A DNA stretch of 64,000 nt from Bdellovibrionales bacterium (GTDB lineage: Bacteria; Bdellovibrionota; Bdellovibrionia; Bdellovibrionales; UBA1609). The notes below the pieces were generated by a model. That model was not told the DNA's origin. It did no database searches and saw only the letters and a list, made by a program, of their open reading frames with translations. Made by a program: the position numbers and the translations under genes. Positions 10,325-19,696 of the stretch are shown here, piece after piece (position 1 is the stretch's first letter; every line of letters starts with the position of its first letter). The stretch lies in assembly GCA_050246815.1 (NCBI GenBank), contig JBFWVI010000007.1, positions 17,983-81,982 on the forward strand, given 5' to 3'.

Positions 10325-11095
10325 TCAGCGCTTTGGCTGCGTTTCGGGAAATAACGAAGCCGCCCACTCTTCGCGAATGGGGCGCATTTGTTCATTGTTG
10401 AAATCCTTGGCCGCGCGATGGCCGCCAATGATGCTGCCGATATAGGTGACGCTAAAAACCGAGTACGCGGCCACTTCGGCGCCATGCATGTCATGATTGC
10501 CAAAATCAATGGCGGCTGCCAGAAATAGGGCGTTTAGAGCCAAGGACAACGCTGCGGTTTGCCAAGCGCCCACGTAGGCGTAACCGGCGCCGGGCAAGAG
10601 GGCGTTCATGCCGGTGGCCATGGCGGGGGATCGGCGGGGAACTTTCTGCAACTGCTTTTCAAGAGAAGATTTTTGTTCGGAAATCAAGGGGGCCGTCTGT
10701 AGCGCGGTCTTAAATTCATTGCGATCACTTTGTGAACGCCATAAGAGGGCGCGATTTTTTGTCGCCATGTCCTTTAAGCTATCGTTCTCGTCCAAATAAA
10801 TGGCCCGTAAAAATGTGGCGTCCGGACCCAAATTCGTTGTCGAAAGCTCTTGGGTTAAATCTCGAACCTCTTGCAGTTCGGTCAGTTGATAAAAAGACAG
10901 GATCAAATTGTATTTTGATTTTAAGGCCAAACTCGCACAGTTTGATTTTTGCGCGGTTGAAAAATGCAGCGAGCTTAAAAGGTATTGAGCCTTTTTGAAA
11001 TACTGCTGGCCAAGGTCGAAATGCTCATTCAAAGAGCAATCCGCCGCCCAAATCGTTCGACTAAAGAAGATGACAGCTAAAATCCAAATCCGCAT
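10325..11095 (-). CDS. Exported TPR-like protein with C-terminal TM2-like membrane region
   Basis: Signal peptide, helical TPR-like N-terminal half, 'SPAMATGMNALLPGAGYAYVG' TM2-like motif. Confidence 0.6.
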   Translation of the reverse strand: MRIWILAVIFFSRTIWAADCSLNEHFDLGQQYFKKAQYLLSSLHFSTAQKSNCASLALKSKYNLILSFYQLTELQEVRDLTQELSTTNLGPDATFLRAIYLDENDSLKDMATKNRALLWRSQSDRNEFKTALQTAPLISEQKSSLEKQLQKVPRRSPAMATGMNALLPGAGYAYVGAWQTAALSLALNALFLAAAIDFGNHDMHGAEVAAYSVFSVTYIGSIIGGHRAAKDFNNEQMRPIREEWAASLFPETQPKR

Positions 11096-11450
11096 GGCTT
11101 AGTCTCCGAGGGTCATAGATTTGCGGTTTACCCAGCAAATAGTTGTCCTCTTCTTTGGCAAAGCGGGCGAAAGAAAGCAAGGTTCCTGGCAAAGAACCAC
11201 AACGTCTTATGATTTTTAGTGCGTACTGTGAATCCGAAGGAAATTGTGCGCAGCTTGAACCAAGGGTTTTGCCCGCGCTGTGACGATAAAACTGCACGCC
11301 GGTGCTGCTTGAGGAACTTTTTTGTTTTTCGGAGATGTGGTTGGCGTCAAGCCGGGAAATTTGCAAAGGGCGATGGGCCGTGCTGAGGCAACCCACGGAG
11401 AAGTGGGCCGCCATCAACATCAAGAAGCCTATTATTTCTTTTTGGTGCAT
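11061..11450 (-). CDS. YidD-like (membrane protein insertion efficiency factor/haemolytic domain) protein with a lipoprotein-like signal
   Basis: FYR...GSSCAQFPSDSQYA...G..G..L...R matches the YidD CRFxPSCSxY pattern; N-terminal SVGC. Confidence 0.6.
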   Translation of the reverse strand: MHQKEIIGFLMLMAAHFSVGCLSTAHRPLQISRLDANHISEKQKSSSSSTGVQFYRHSAGKTLGSSCAQFPSDSQYALKIIRRCGSLPGTLLSFARFAKEEDNYLLGKPQIYDPRRLSHADLDFSCHLL

Positions 11451-11782
11451 GTGTATTCGTAGTTATGTTCGGGCTTATACTTTTGAATCCACAAGAAGGG
11501 GACCAGTACAAACACCCCGCCGGCACAAGCGCCGACGTCGAATTCTTCGTTGCGCGAGAACGAATAGTGCATAGGTTCGCAACCGTCTTTTTCAATGCGC
11601 ACTTGAGTCGACGAGCCAACTGTTTTGGTGTCGGTGTGAGTGACCATGCCGCGGCCTTTCATTTCGCCGTCGATATATATCTTCGCTTCGGGATCCGAAG
11701 AGCGAATGTTGGTGGTGGACGAACAAGCCGCTAAAGCAGCAGCCATCGACAAACACACAAGGCGGTACAAATTCGTTTTCAT
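11432..11782 (-). CDS. PEGA-domain lipoprotein
   Basis: Lipobox LAAC; IRSSDPEAKIYIDGEMKG...VRIEKDGC PEGA pattern. Confidence 0.75.
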   Translation of the reverse strand: MKTNLYRLVCLSMAAALAACSSTTNIRSSDPEAKIYIDGEMKGRGMVTHTDTKTVGSSTQVRIEKDGCEPMHYSFSRNEEFDVGACAGGVFVLVPFLWIQKYKPEHNYEYTCTKKK

Positions 11783-11823
11783 AAACGTGTTCCTTTTCCC
11801 TTTGTAAGGAGTTGCATTTGAAA

Positions 11824-11856
11824 TGAACCCCATAATCGAGTGAAAAGCGGGGTTCA
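11824..11856. terminator. 8-bp inverted repeat (TGAACCCC-N17-GGGGTTCA), possible weak terminator after the nrnA-BFD pair
   Basis: Perfect arms 11824-11831 and 11849-11856; only a short U run. Confidence 0.3.
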
Positions 11857-11887
11857 ATCAAGAAATAAAAATAGTTTTTTAATATTT

Positions 11888-12208
11888 CTAGCCGCCTGAG
11901 CCTGTTCCAGGCTGCTTTCGTTTGGTCGGTCCTCGACCCGGGCGGGGCTGTTCGGGGAATTGGCCCGTGGCTTCAAAGCTGTCGAGCATTTTTTGCAAGT
12001 AGGGGCGGCAAGACCCCCCGCACGCGCCGACTCCGGCGTTGGTGGCGTCGAAGATTTTGATCAGGGAGTCGCAACCGCGACGGATGGCGGCTTCGATGGG
12101 TTCTTTGGGCACGCGGTTGCAATAGCAAACAAAGCGTTCACCCTTGTTCGATCGAGAGTGTGAGGAATGCTCGAACTTATTTGGGTTGGCTTTTTCGTTT
12201 TTGGCCAT
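11888..12208 (-). CDS. BFD-like [2Fe-2S]-binding protein
   Basis: VCYCNRV...AGVGACGGSC motif; start MAKNEK overlaps the end of the DHH gene. Confidence 0.8.
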   Translation of the reverse strand: MAKNEKANPNKFEHSSHSRSNKGERFVCYCNRVPKEPIEAAIRRGCDSLIKIFDATNAGVGACGGSCRPYLQKMLDSFEATGQFPEQPRPGRGPTKRKQPGTGSGG

Positions 12209-13244
12209 CCTGGTCCCAACCTCCGTTGCTGGGCTCATTGTCCAAACGGCTTAACAGCAATTCCACGACCCGGGCTTTGATGGTCTGGTATTCGCCCATG
12301 ATGTAGGCCCCGGCGGCAAACATGTGGCCGCCGCCGTGAAAGGCTTCGGCGACGCCCAAAACTTCAATCTTGCCTTTGCTGCGCAAACTCATTTTGTATT
12401 CATTTTTTTTATCCTCGCGAAACAAGGCGGCGGCTTCAAGCGAGTTGATATTCATGATCATGTCGATCACATCACGTGAGTCGTCCATGTCGAGGTTGTG
12501 GTCGTCAAGATCCTTGCTTTTCAGTTTTAAAACCGCGACCCGGCCTTCGCCGTGATACTCGATTTGTCCGAAAGCCAAGGATAAGAAAGCGATTTTTTCT
12601 TTGGTGTGAGTGGAAAAGAGATGGCGATGAATCTCTTCGCTATTGGGCACGAAACCAATCAACTCGGCGGCCATTAGATGCGAGTTGCTTGAGTTTTTCA
12701 CAAACTTGAACAGCTGGGTGTCGAACGCGATGCTGGTGTAAAGGGCGCGGGCAATTTTTTCGTCCAGGTGAATGCCTAGATTTTTAATCAAAAAGTAAGC
12801 GATCTCGCCGGTGCTGGCGGCACGAGTTTCGATGAATGAACCAGGGGTCGGCTCCGGGCCGGTGTTAAGGACCGGGTGATGGTCGACAAACAAGACCTCG
12901 CGGCATTTACTCTCAAGAGGGCCCCAAAGCGGTTCCACCAAACGGCGGTCATTGGTGTCGAAAATCAGGGCCAAATCGGTCGGCTCTATTGGCTTATGCG
13001 GTCCCTCAAACACCTCAAGATGGCGCTGGGGCTCTAAAAAGCTATATTTTTTGGGGACATTGTCGACGCAGATAGCGCGAACCTGTCGTCCTGTTTTTTT
13101 AAGTGCGTGGTAAAGGGCCAAAATCGCGCCTAACCCATCACCATCGCACTGCTTGTGAGTGGTCAGAATAATGGATTTAGCGGCCAGAATGCGCTTGGTT
13201 AAACTGTCTACATTTATGATGCTGAGCCGAGCGGGAGTATTCAT
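12177..13244 (-). CDS. nrnA: DHH/DHHA1 phosphoesterase (nanoRNase/pAp phosphatase NrnA-like)
   Basis: THKQCDGDGLG, DTN, VDHH, DT, SLRS and GGGHMFAAG motifs. Confidence 0.85.
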   Translation of the reverse strand: MNTPARLSIINVDSLTKRILAAKSIILTTHKQCDGDGLGAILALYHALKKTGRQVRAICVDNVPKKYSFLEPQRHLEVFEGPHKPIEPTDLALIFDTNDRRLVEPLWGPLESKCREVLFVDHHPVLNTGPEPTPGSFIETRAASTGEIAYFLIKNLGIHLDEKIARALYTSIAFDTQLFKFVKNSSNSHLMAAELIGFVPNSEEIHRHLFSTHTKEKIAFLSLAFGQIEYHGEGRVAVLKLKSKDLDDHNLDMDDSRDVIDMIMNINSLEAAALFREDKKNEYKMSLRSKGKIEVLGVAEAFHGGGHMFAAGAYIMGEYQTIKARVVELLLSRLDNEPSNGGWDQDGQKRKSQPK

Positions 13245-13349
13245 GCCTTTTCTTTTCGGCTGTTCGATGAAGTTACTTTTGTAAAAAATTAGCAATATTT
13301 TCAGTAATTTGCGTCAAAATTCTTGTTTTAACCATGCTCGTCTTTAAGG

Positions 13350-13377
13350 TTGCGGACGTTAAGAATTTCATTATAAT
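13350..13377 (+). promoter_or_regulatory. Sigma70-type promoter of greA
   Basis: TTGCGG-N16-TATAAT, 34 nt upstream of the ATG. Confidence 0.6.
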
Positions 13378-13411
13378 GAGCGCTCATTTTTTTTGCGCAG
13401 GGAGTTGTCTC

Positions 13412-13891
13412 ATGGCGTCAGAACGTCAGCCCATGACTTTGGCCGGAAAGGCCAAGCTGGAGAGTGAATTGAAACACCTTTTACAGGTGGAAAGACCCTC
13501 GACTATTCGGGCGATCGAAGAGGCGCGAGGCCATGGCGACATCAGCGAAAATGCGGACTATGATGCCGCTAAAGAGCGCCAGGCTTTTGTCGAGGCTCGT
13601 ATCGCCGAAATTCAAGGGCGGCTGGCCAATGCTGAAGTGGTCGACACCTCGGTATTAAAGTCGAACACCATCATCTTTGGCGCTCATGTTGAATTGCAAG
13701 ATTGTGAAACCGAAGATGAAGTGACCTACCAAATCGTGGGCGAAGATGAATCAGACGTTAAAAACGGCAAGATTTCAGTCTTTTCACCCATGGCTCGAAG
13801 TCTGATCGGCAAAAAAACCGGCGACATCATTGAATTGCGCAGTCCCAAGGGCGAGCGTGAGTTTGAGGTCTTACGTTTTTTTTTCAAGTAA
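13412..13891 (+). CDS. greA: Transcription elongation factor GreA
   Basis: ARGHGDISENADYDAAKE, YQIVGEDE, ISVFSPMARSLIGK; GGAG SD upstream. Confidence 0.97.
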   Translation: MASERQPMTLAGKAKLESELKHLLQVERPSTIRAIEEARGHGDISENADYDAAKERQAFVEARIAEIQGRLANAEVVDTSVLKSNTIIFGAHVELQDCETEDEVTYQIVGEDESDVKNGKISVFSPMARSLIGKKTGDIIELRSPKGEREFEVLRFFFK

Positions 13892-13896
13892 CATAA

Positions 13897-15921
13897 ATGC
13901 CGTCAACTCGAGCTCCACAACGACGTCGAAAGATTAAAAAAAATCCCCAGCATGTGGCGGCGACCGGCTGGGCGTGGCTGATGATCGGTTTGTTGATGGC
14001 GTTGTTTTTTGGCGGGGCCGTTCGAGCCCTGCTTTCAGAACGCCAAGTGCGACAATGGATTGAACGAACTTGGACGCAAGAAAACCCGCCCTACAATCTT
14101 AGTTTCAGCAGCGCGCGAGTCGAACTGAGTGATGGTTGGCGGCCGCACTTTGGTTTGCGGGTGCTTGATCTTGAGCTGACGCCCAAAGACCCCTGCCAAC
14201 GGGGTTACAAGATGCAGGTCGACGACCTGTTTTTGCCCGGTCCTATCGCGGTTTTGTGGGGTGGGACTTTGCGCTTTGGCCAAATCGTGGCGCAGAGGGT
14301 GAATGTCGAAAAAATGGCGGCCTGTGCAGCGGCTGCGCTGCCGACACCGGTTGTGTCCGGCGTTGTGCGTGAAGTCGCGACAGCCCCAGGCGAAGGCGAC
14401 AACAATACAGCTTTAAATGAACGGCGTGCCGCCGCTGAAAAATTTTTGCGCGAGCGCTGGGCTTTAGAGCTGGAAAATACCTCGCAGTGGTTAAGTGGGG
14501 TGCGTTTATTAGATGTGCGCGTGACCGGTTTGGGTGCCACGTTTGATCAGCTGAAATTACACCAGGTCGATTTGAATTTTGCCAAGGACGGGTCGGCTGC
14601 GGATTTAACAGTGGCCTTTGGTTTTGAAGGACTTTTGGATGAGGCCCTGGCCGGCAACCAAGCGCGTTTACAAGCCCATGCCTCGGCCAGCAAAGCTGAC
14701 CTGCGCCTGCATGTTCCCGTGCGTGAAGGGCGGGTGACCGTCAACGCCGCTGCGGATTTAAGCACTTTAAATTATATTGGCGAATTCAACTTAGATTTTG
14801 TTCCGGCGACCTCGCTTGTGGAAATTTTGAAACAACTGGATGTGATCACCGATCCGATCTCTTTGAAGCGCTCATGGCTGGCGGGACAAGGGCGTTGGCA
14901 GGGGCGGCTTTTGGTGCCGCAACCGGTTTCACTGATCTATGCGGATCATTTGAAGTTGAGCGGCGACGCAGGTTCGGTGCAAGTGCAGGGGCTTGATTTG
15001 TCGCCTCAAGAGCACACCTTGGCATTCAAGCCCTTTATCATACGACTTGATCATTTTTCATTGCGCTATTTAATCGAGGCTCTTGGGCGCAAGGGCTACA
15101 CCGGTGTGATCAGTGATTTCGGCCAACTCAGTGGGGATTTGCAGGTCGACAGCCCCAAGCAGGTTGCGTTTCGCGGCGAAATCGAAAACATGGTCATTAA
15201 CTTTTCGCGGCAAAGCGTACGTGCCACGCAAAAGGTAAACTCCCTTCGATGCGCATTAGAGCTGCGCCAGGGACGAGTTTCAGGTATGGCTCGCGAGTTT
15301 GAACTCGACAATGGCACTTTGCGTGGCCATGTCTCGTTTAATTTGGATCGGCAAGTTCTGAACGGCTTATTTCAAATCAAGGTCGACGAATTGCAATTTC
15401 AGCCAGAAGTGCAGCGCTTGATGACAGGTGGGCAAATCGCGCCCATTGCGCTTTATGGGCAGGGGCAGATGAGTGAAGGGCATGTCAAACAATGGAGCGG
15501 TGAGATCGGCAGCAAGGAAATTATCGGTTCCAATTGGCGCACCGACACTTTGAAGATTCGCAGTGAGTTTGCCAATCAGCAGATGATTTTGCAGCTGAAG
15601 GCCAATGGCTTGAAGTTGTTTGCGGACAACGATTTTTGGCAGCGTTTTAAACCCGTATTGGCGAAGTCCCCCAAGGTCCGTGAAGAGTTGAGCCTGAAGC
15701 ATTTGAGCGCGCGATTTGAAGTGAGCAGCCAGGCCTTTAAATGGCGAAATGCTTCGGCCAGCACCTTAGAAGGAGATGTCCTTTTGGCGACCGCCGGGCA
15801 GGCGGATCGTCATCAAGTGGAAGGGACTTTAAGTTTGGATTTTCCAACCGCGAAGATGGTGCGCTGGGTGGTCATTGGTCCTTGGAATGATTTGCAGTTC
15901 AGCCCAGCACCGGGACGCTAG
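13897..15921 (+). CDS. Membrane-anchored AsmA-like (repeating beta-groove) hypothetical protein
   Basis: Single N-terminal TM helix followed by a long alternating beta-strand-rich region. Confidence 0.45.
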   Translation: MPSTRAPQRRRKIKKNPQHVAATGWAWLMIGLLMALFFGGAVRALLSERQVRQWIERTWTQENPPYNLSFSSARVELSDGWRPHFGLRVLDLELTPKDPCQRGYKMQVDDLFLPGPIAVLWGGTLRFGQIVAQRVNVEKMAACAAAALPTPVVSGVVREVATAPGEGDNNTALNERRAAAEKFLRERWALELENTSQWLSGVRLLDVRVTGLGATFDQLKLHQVDLNFAKDGSAADLTVAFGFEGLLDEALAGNQARLQAHASASKADLRLHVPVREGRVTVNAAADLSTLNYIGEFNLDFVPATSLVEILKQLDVITDPISLKRSWLAGQGRWQGRLLVPQPVSLIYADHLKLSGDAGSVQVQGLDLSPQEHTLAFKPFIIRLDHFSLRYLIEALGRKGYTGVISDFGQLSGDLQVDSPKQVAFRGEIENMVINFSRQSVRATQKVNSLRCALELRQGRVSGMAREFELDNGTLRGHVSFNLDRQVLNGLFQIKVDELQFQPEVQRLMTGGQIAPIALYGQGQMSEGHVKQWSGEIGSKEIIGSNWRTDTLKIRSEFANQQMILQLKANGLKLFADNDFWQRFKPVLAKSPKVREELSLKHLSARFEVSSQAFKWRNASASTLEGDVLLATAGQADRHQVEGTLSLDFPTAKMVRWVVIGPWNDLQFSPAPGR

Positions 15922-16943
15922 CGCAAGATCGAATCGTCGTGTAGTTTTTGACGCCAGGTCAACAGACCGCGTTCGAACAAAACCGAAATATTTTCTGCCA
16001 GTTTTTCACCCAGCGTTTTTCGGTGATGCAAAGAGAGCTCCAGGATCTGTCGTTCTGGATGCAGGCTGAACAGGTAGTCGTCACTGCTTTGCAGTCGATC
16101 ACAAAGCTTCAGCTCTAGGGCCTGTTTGCCATACCAATATTCACCAGTGGCGATTTGACTTAAGTTCAACTGCGGCCGGTATTCAGCAACAAAATTCTTG
16201 AAAAGAGTGTGGGTGTCTTCGAGTTGGCTTAAAAATTTTTGTCGTCCCTTTTCTGTAATTTCACCCAATATGCTGATGGTGCGTTTGTACTCACCTGCGG
16301 TCATCTCTTCATAATCGACGTCGTGTTTTTTTAGCACGCGATGAAGGTTGGGGACCTGCGCCACAACGCCAATCGAGCCCAAAATCGCAAAGGGTGCCGC
16401 GAGCAATTGATCGGCGGTGCAGGCCATCATGTAGCCGCCGGATGCTGCGACCTTGTCCACGCAAATCGTCAACTTAAGACCTTTGGCACGGATCCGCAGC
16501 AACTGCGTGGCGGCAAGACCATAAGTGTGAACCATGCCGCCCGTGCTTTCGACTTTCACGACCACTTCGTCGCCATTTTGCGCGCTGGTGAGTACGGCGG
16601 TGATTTCATCGCGGAGCTGCTCGACGGCAGAGGCTTTGACGTCGCCGTCGAAGTTTAAAACGAAAACCTTGGGCTGTGCGACACCCTCTTTGCGCTTTTG
16701 TTTTTCAGCTTTGGCGCGGGCTTTCAGCTCCTTTTTCATCTGTTTGGGATCACTGCTCATTTCGTGCAAGGCATCAGCATAGGCTTGAAAGCGGTCATTG
16801 ACGCTTTCGACTTCAAGATGGCGTTGTGAGGCCGCGCGACTGCGCAGCAGAAGGTTAGCCAAGACCACAAGTATCACCACCAAGGCCATCGTGACTAAAA
16901 GAACTTTGCCGGCGAAGCCGCCGATGTCGTAGAGCATTTCCAT
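15918..16943 (-). CDS. sohB: S49-family protease SohB
   Basis: FDGDVKAS, ESTGGMVHTYGLAATQL, VDKVAASGGYMMAC, GSIGV, TAGEYKRT, ATGEYWYG. Confidence 0.95.
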   Translation of the reverse strand: MEMLYDIGGFAGKVLLVTMALVVILVVLANLLLRSRAASQRHLEVESVNDRFQAYADALHEMSSDPKQMKKELKARAKAEKQKRKEGVAQPKVFVLNFDGDVKASAVEQLRDEITAVLTSAQNGDEVVVKVESTGGMVHTYGLAATQLLRIRAKGLKLTICVDKVAASGGYMMACTADQLLAAPFAILGSIGVVAQVPNLHRVLKKHDVDYEEMTAGEYKRTISILGEITEKGRQKFLSQLEDTHTLFKNFVAEYRPQLNLSQIATGEYWYGKQALELKLCDRLQSSDDYLFSLHPERQILELSLHHRKTLGEKLAENISVLFERGLLTWRQKLHDDSILR

Positions 16944-17031
16944 GGCTATGTCATAGGGCGACTCTGAGGCTTAAGTCGAGGAAAAAGAGGCCAGGATTGC
17001 GGCGAACCGATCCCTGCCGCAAAATCAGGGG

Positions 17032-17463
17032 ATGCAGGCTTTGTTTTTAAGCTTATTTCTGACACTTAACGTGGCGCATGGCCAAGAGTTAGTGACCGAA
17101 AACGATCTTTCGGAATACCGCCACCAGGTCGAAGGGCTCAACCAGCGCTATGAAGATTTTTTCGCCCATGAAGAGCGATTGCGTCGCTATGAAGACAACT
17201 TAAAACGCGCTGTTCCGGATCAGAAGGCAGAACGCCGACGATATGAGCGAGAGGCTGAGGCCGCGATGCGAGAACACCGCCTGCACCGCCGAGAGCGAGC
17301 GGACACCGCGGCCTTAGAGCAACAAGATGCAAAAGAGAAGCGGGCCCAGGCCGCCGTGCAAGAGCGCCATCGTCGCGATTACGTCACGCGGCGCGAACAA
17401 TTGCGCCGGATATCAGAATCGGCGCGTAAAATTCCAGCCAACCGTGATGCAGGTCTAGAATAA
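17032..17463 (+). CDS. Exported charged coiled-coil hypothetical protein
   Basis: Signal peptide followed by an R/E-rich helical region. Confidence 0.65.
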   Translation: MQALFLSLFLTLNVAHGQELVTENDLSEYRHQVEGLNQRYEDFFAHEERLRRYEDNLKRAVPDQKAERRRYEREAEAAMREHRLHRRERADTAALEQQDAKEKRAQAAVQERHRRDYVTRREQLRRISESARKIPANRDAGLE

Positions 17464-17480
17464 TCACCACGCCTGAAATT

Positions 17481-18182
17481 TTAACCTTTGACGATTTCGT
17501 CGAAACTGAGAGCGGTCAAACGGGCCAGCCGTGACAAAAAATAGTACAGCACCGCACCTGTGAAGATCATCATGGGAAGCGCAATTGCGACAAAACCCAT
17601 ACCCGTCATCTTGGCGATTTGTTCGTTAAGCATATCGGCGCGCACATCGTGGGCCAAGCTGGGATCCAAGTCGATGAAGATCCGGCGCGCGAGCACGTAA
17701 TTTAAGACGCTGCTCAACACAAAAGAACCCGCCAGCCAAAAAGTAGAATTGCGCACCAGTCGGCTAAACGCCAGGTTCTGCGAACGCTCATTCAGGCGTT
17801 GCTCAATTTTTGCCAAGTGCAAAAGCTGCTCATTGTAAAAAAGTGTTCCCATCAGGGGTTTGCGACTCAAGGCAGAAGCCGCCACACCAAGCGCCATTAA
17901 AGCGGGGAATGCGGCTTCCTTAACGGCAAACCAAATGCCTTCTAAACGCATCAGCGCAAAGCCGCCGGTGAAGGCAACGCTGACAATGCCGAAAAGGGAA
18001 ACATAGTTTTTGTGGTGGTTGCGGGCGTAATCCCAAAGGCCATAGCCAATCGGCAGGGCCAGGGCGGCTAAAAGCGCCAGAAGGGGACCTTGCTCCCCTA
18101 ATCGTTTGCCCATTTGCTGCAGCAGGATGACCGGCAAAATCACGTTGATAAGGATGCTGAGCATTGGGTTTTCGCGTTTCAT
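17481..18182 (-). CDS. VC0807/YciB(IspA)-like inner-membrane protein
   Basis: ENPMLSILINVILPVILL, WFAVKEAAFP, SSVLNYVLA, NEQIAKMT; multiple TM helices. Confidence 0.7.
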   Translation of the reverse strand: MKRENPMLSILINVILPVILLQQMGKRLGEQGPLLALLAALALPIGYGLWDYARNHHKNYVSLFGIVSVAFTGGFALMRLEGIWFAVKEAAFPALMALGVAASALSRKPLMGTLFYNEQLLHLAKIEQRLNERSQNLAFSRLVRNSTFWLAGSFVLSSVLNYVLARRIFIDLDPSLAHDVRADMLNEQIAKMTGMGFVAIALPMMIFTGAVLYYFLSRLARLTALSFDEIVKG

Positions 18183-18294
18183 CGATGGAAATTTGACAGA
18201 TAGGACAAGAAAGTCAATTTCTACTTTTGTTAGACTGAGGCTTGTTTTCGCGGCCCAGTGGCTCTAGCCTGCGCGGGTTTTAAATGGGGGATTT

Positions 18295-19674
18295 ATGGGC
18301 CATATCTTGCGTTTGACTGTGATGCTGGGGTTGATCGTTGCAGTTCAGGCGAAGTCCAACACGTATCGCCCCCAGTTTTACGCCAAAGAGGCTTTTGAAT
18401 ATCGTGTCGAATTTCAGCATATATTGAAAACCGACTTCACCACGTTATCCCAGATTCATCAGCTTTCTGCAATGGAACGAAAGATCTTAGAGGCAAGAAC
18501 GCTCAGCGAGGTCCTGCGCTACTTTATGGGCCCGTTGGCCCATCGCTTTTTAGGCGGGGTTCGTGACTATGATGAGCTGAAATTGAATTTCGACGCGGCT
18601 TGGGTGGATCAGGACAAGTCCGGCTTTGTGATGATCCCATATCGTGTTCGTGGGCGTTGGGTCTTGCGCGGGCGGCAAGACAAGATTGAATTACCCCTTC
18701 CGTATCGGGTTGCTGATTTAAGGACACCGGGCTGGTTAAGGTGTGGCAGCGACGATCCGGAGTATCAGGGGCTTGAGATGCTTTGGTACTTCTGGGATCC
18801 GCTGCGCGAAGGATGTGACCACCAAGACAAACGCGAGTATGGGAACGTGGTGGTCCAACTTAAGCTGTTGCCCACTTTGACGACAGACACACGACCCGAG
18901 TATGAACGTTTGATTCGCCAGGGTAAAAGTGGCCCATTGTTGCCGATGACTTTGGCTTTTGGTTACGTGCATGCTCCGCAAATGCCGGACCCTGAAACAG
19001 ATATGGATCAAGGTGCAATCGAGTATCGCCATTTTATCGCCTGGGTAGAAAACAACAATGACGATTTGGCAAAGACCCCAATTTTGGCGAAAGAGGTGGA
19101 ATCCAACTTGCCACCTGAGCAAGTGGTGGGATGGGTTTTTCGCGGTCTGCGCCAAGGAGTGAATGTTGAACTGCGTGTGGTGATGGCGGCGGGCCTAGAG
19201 CAAATGCGCTTCTTCGCAGATTCATTCACTCGCCGACACGATTCGTTTTTTGCATGGTTCGGGCATTCCCGTTTGGGCGAGGGTTTTGATGCGCGCATCT
19301 TCCGTATTCTACTTTTCGATCCAAACCAAAAGCTCAGCATCACCAACAATTATCAATTGGTCTATTGGGGGGGATGCAATAGCTACTCTTACTACACCGA
19401 TCCATTCTTTAATTTGAAAGCCGAATATTCAAAAGGGCAAGACCCGCAGGGCACCAAAAATCTGGATCTGATTTCAAACGGGCTTGCGACCTACTTTAAC
19501 TTGAACAACCTCAACGCTCAAACCTTGGTGGCTGCGATCTTCAAGTCACTTTTTGCTGATCAAGGTCCGGTTGGCTACAGGCAAATCGTTGACCAAATGG
19601 AGTCGCATGGCGAAGCCCTCGCACGGCCGATCATCGTCAACGTTTTGGGTGACGGGGACAATCCGCGTGAATGA
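18295..19674 (+). CDS. Exported hypothetical protein with a possible His/Cys (caspase-hemoglobinase-like) dyad
   Basis: Signal peptide; FFAWFGHSRLG and LVYWGGCNSY, each following a hydrophobic strand. Confidence 0.55.
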   Translation: MGHILRLTVMLGLIVAVQAKSNTYRPQFYAKEAFEYRVEFQHILKTDFTTLSQIHQLSAMERKILEARTLSEVLRYFMGPLAHRFLGGVRDYDELKLNFDAAWVDQDKSGFVMIPYRVRGRWVLRGRQDKIELPLPYRVADLRTPGWLRCGSDDPEYQGLEMLWYFWDPLREGCDHQDKREYGNVVVQLKLLPTLTTDTRPEYERLIRQGKSGPLLPMTLAFGYVHAPQMPDPETDMDQGAIEYRHFIAWVENNNDDLAKTPILAKEVESNLPPEQVVGWVFRGLRQGVNVELRVVMAAGLEQMRFFADSFTRRHDSFFAWFGHSRLGEGFDARIFRILLFDPNQKLSITNNYQLVYWGGCNSYSYYTDPFFNLKAEYSKGQDPQGTKNLDLISNGLATYFNLNNLNAQTLVAAIFKSLFADQGPVGYRQIVDQMESHGEALARPIIVNVLGDGDNPRE

Positions 19675-19696
19675 TTTTTTCTATTTGAGACGGGCT

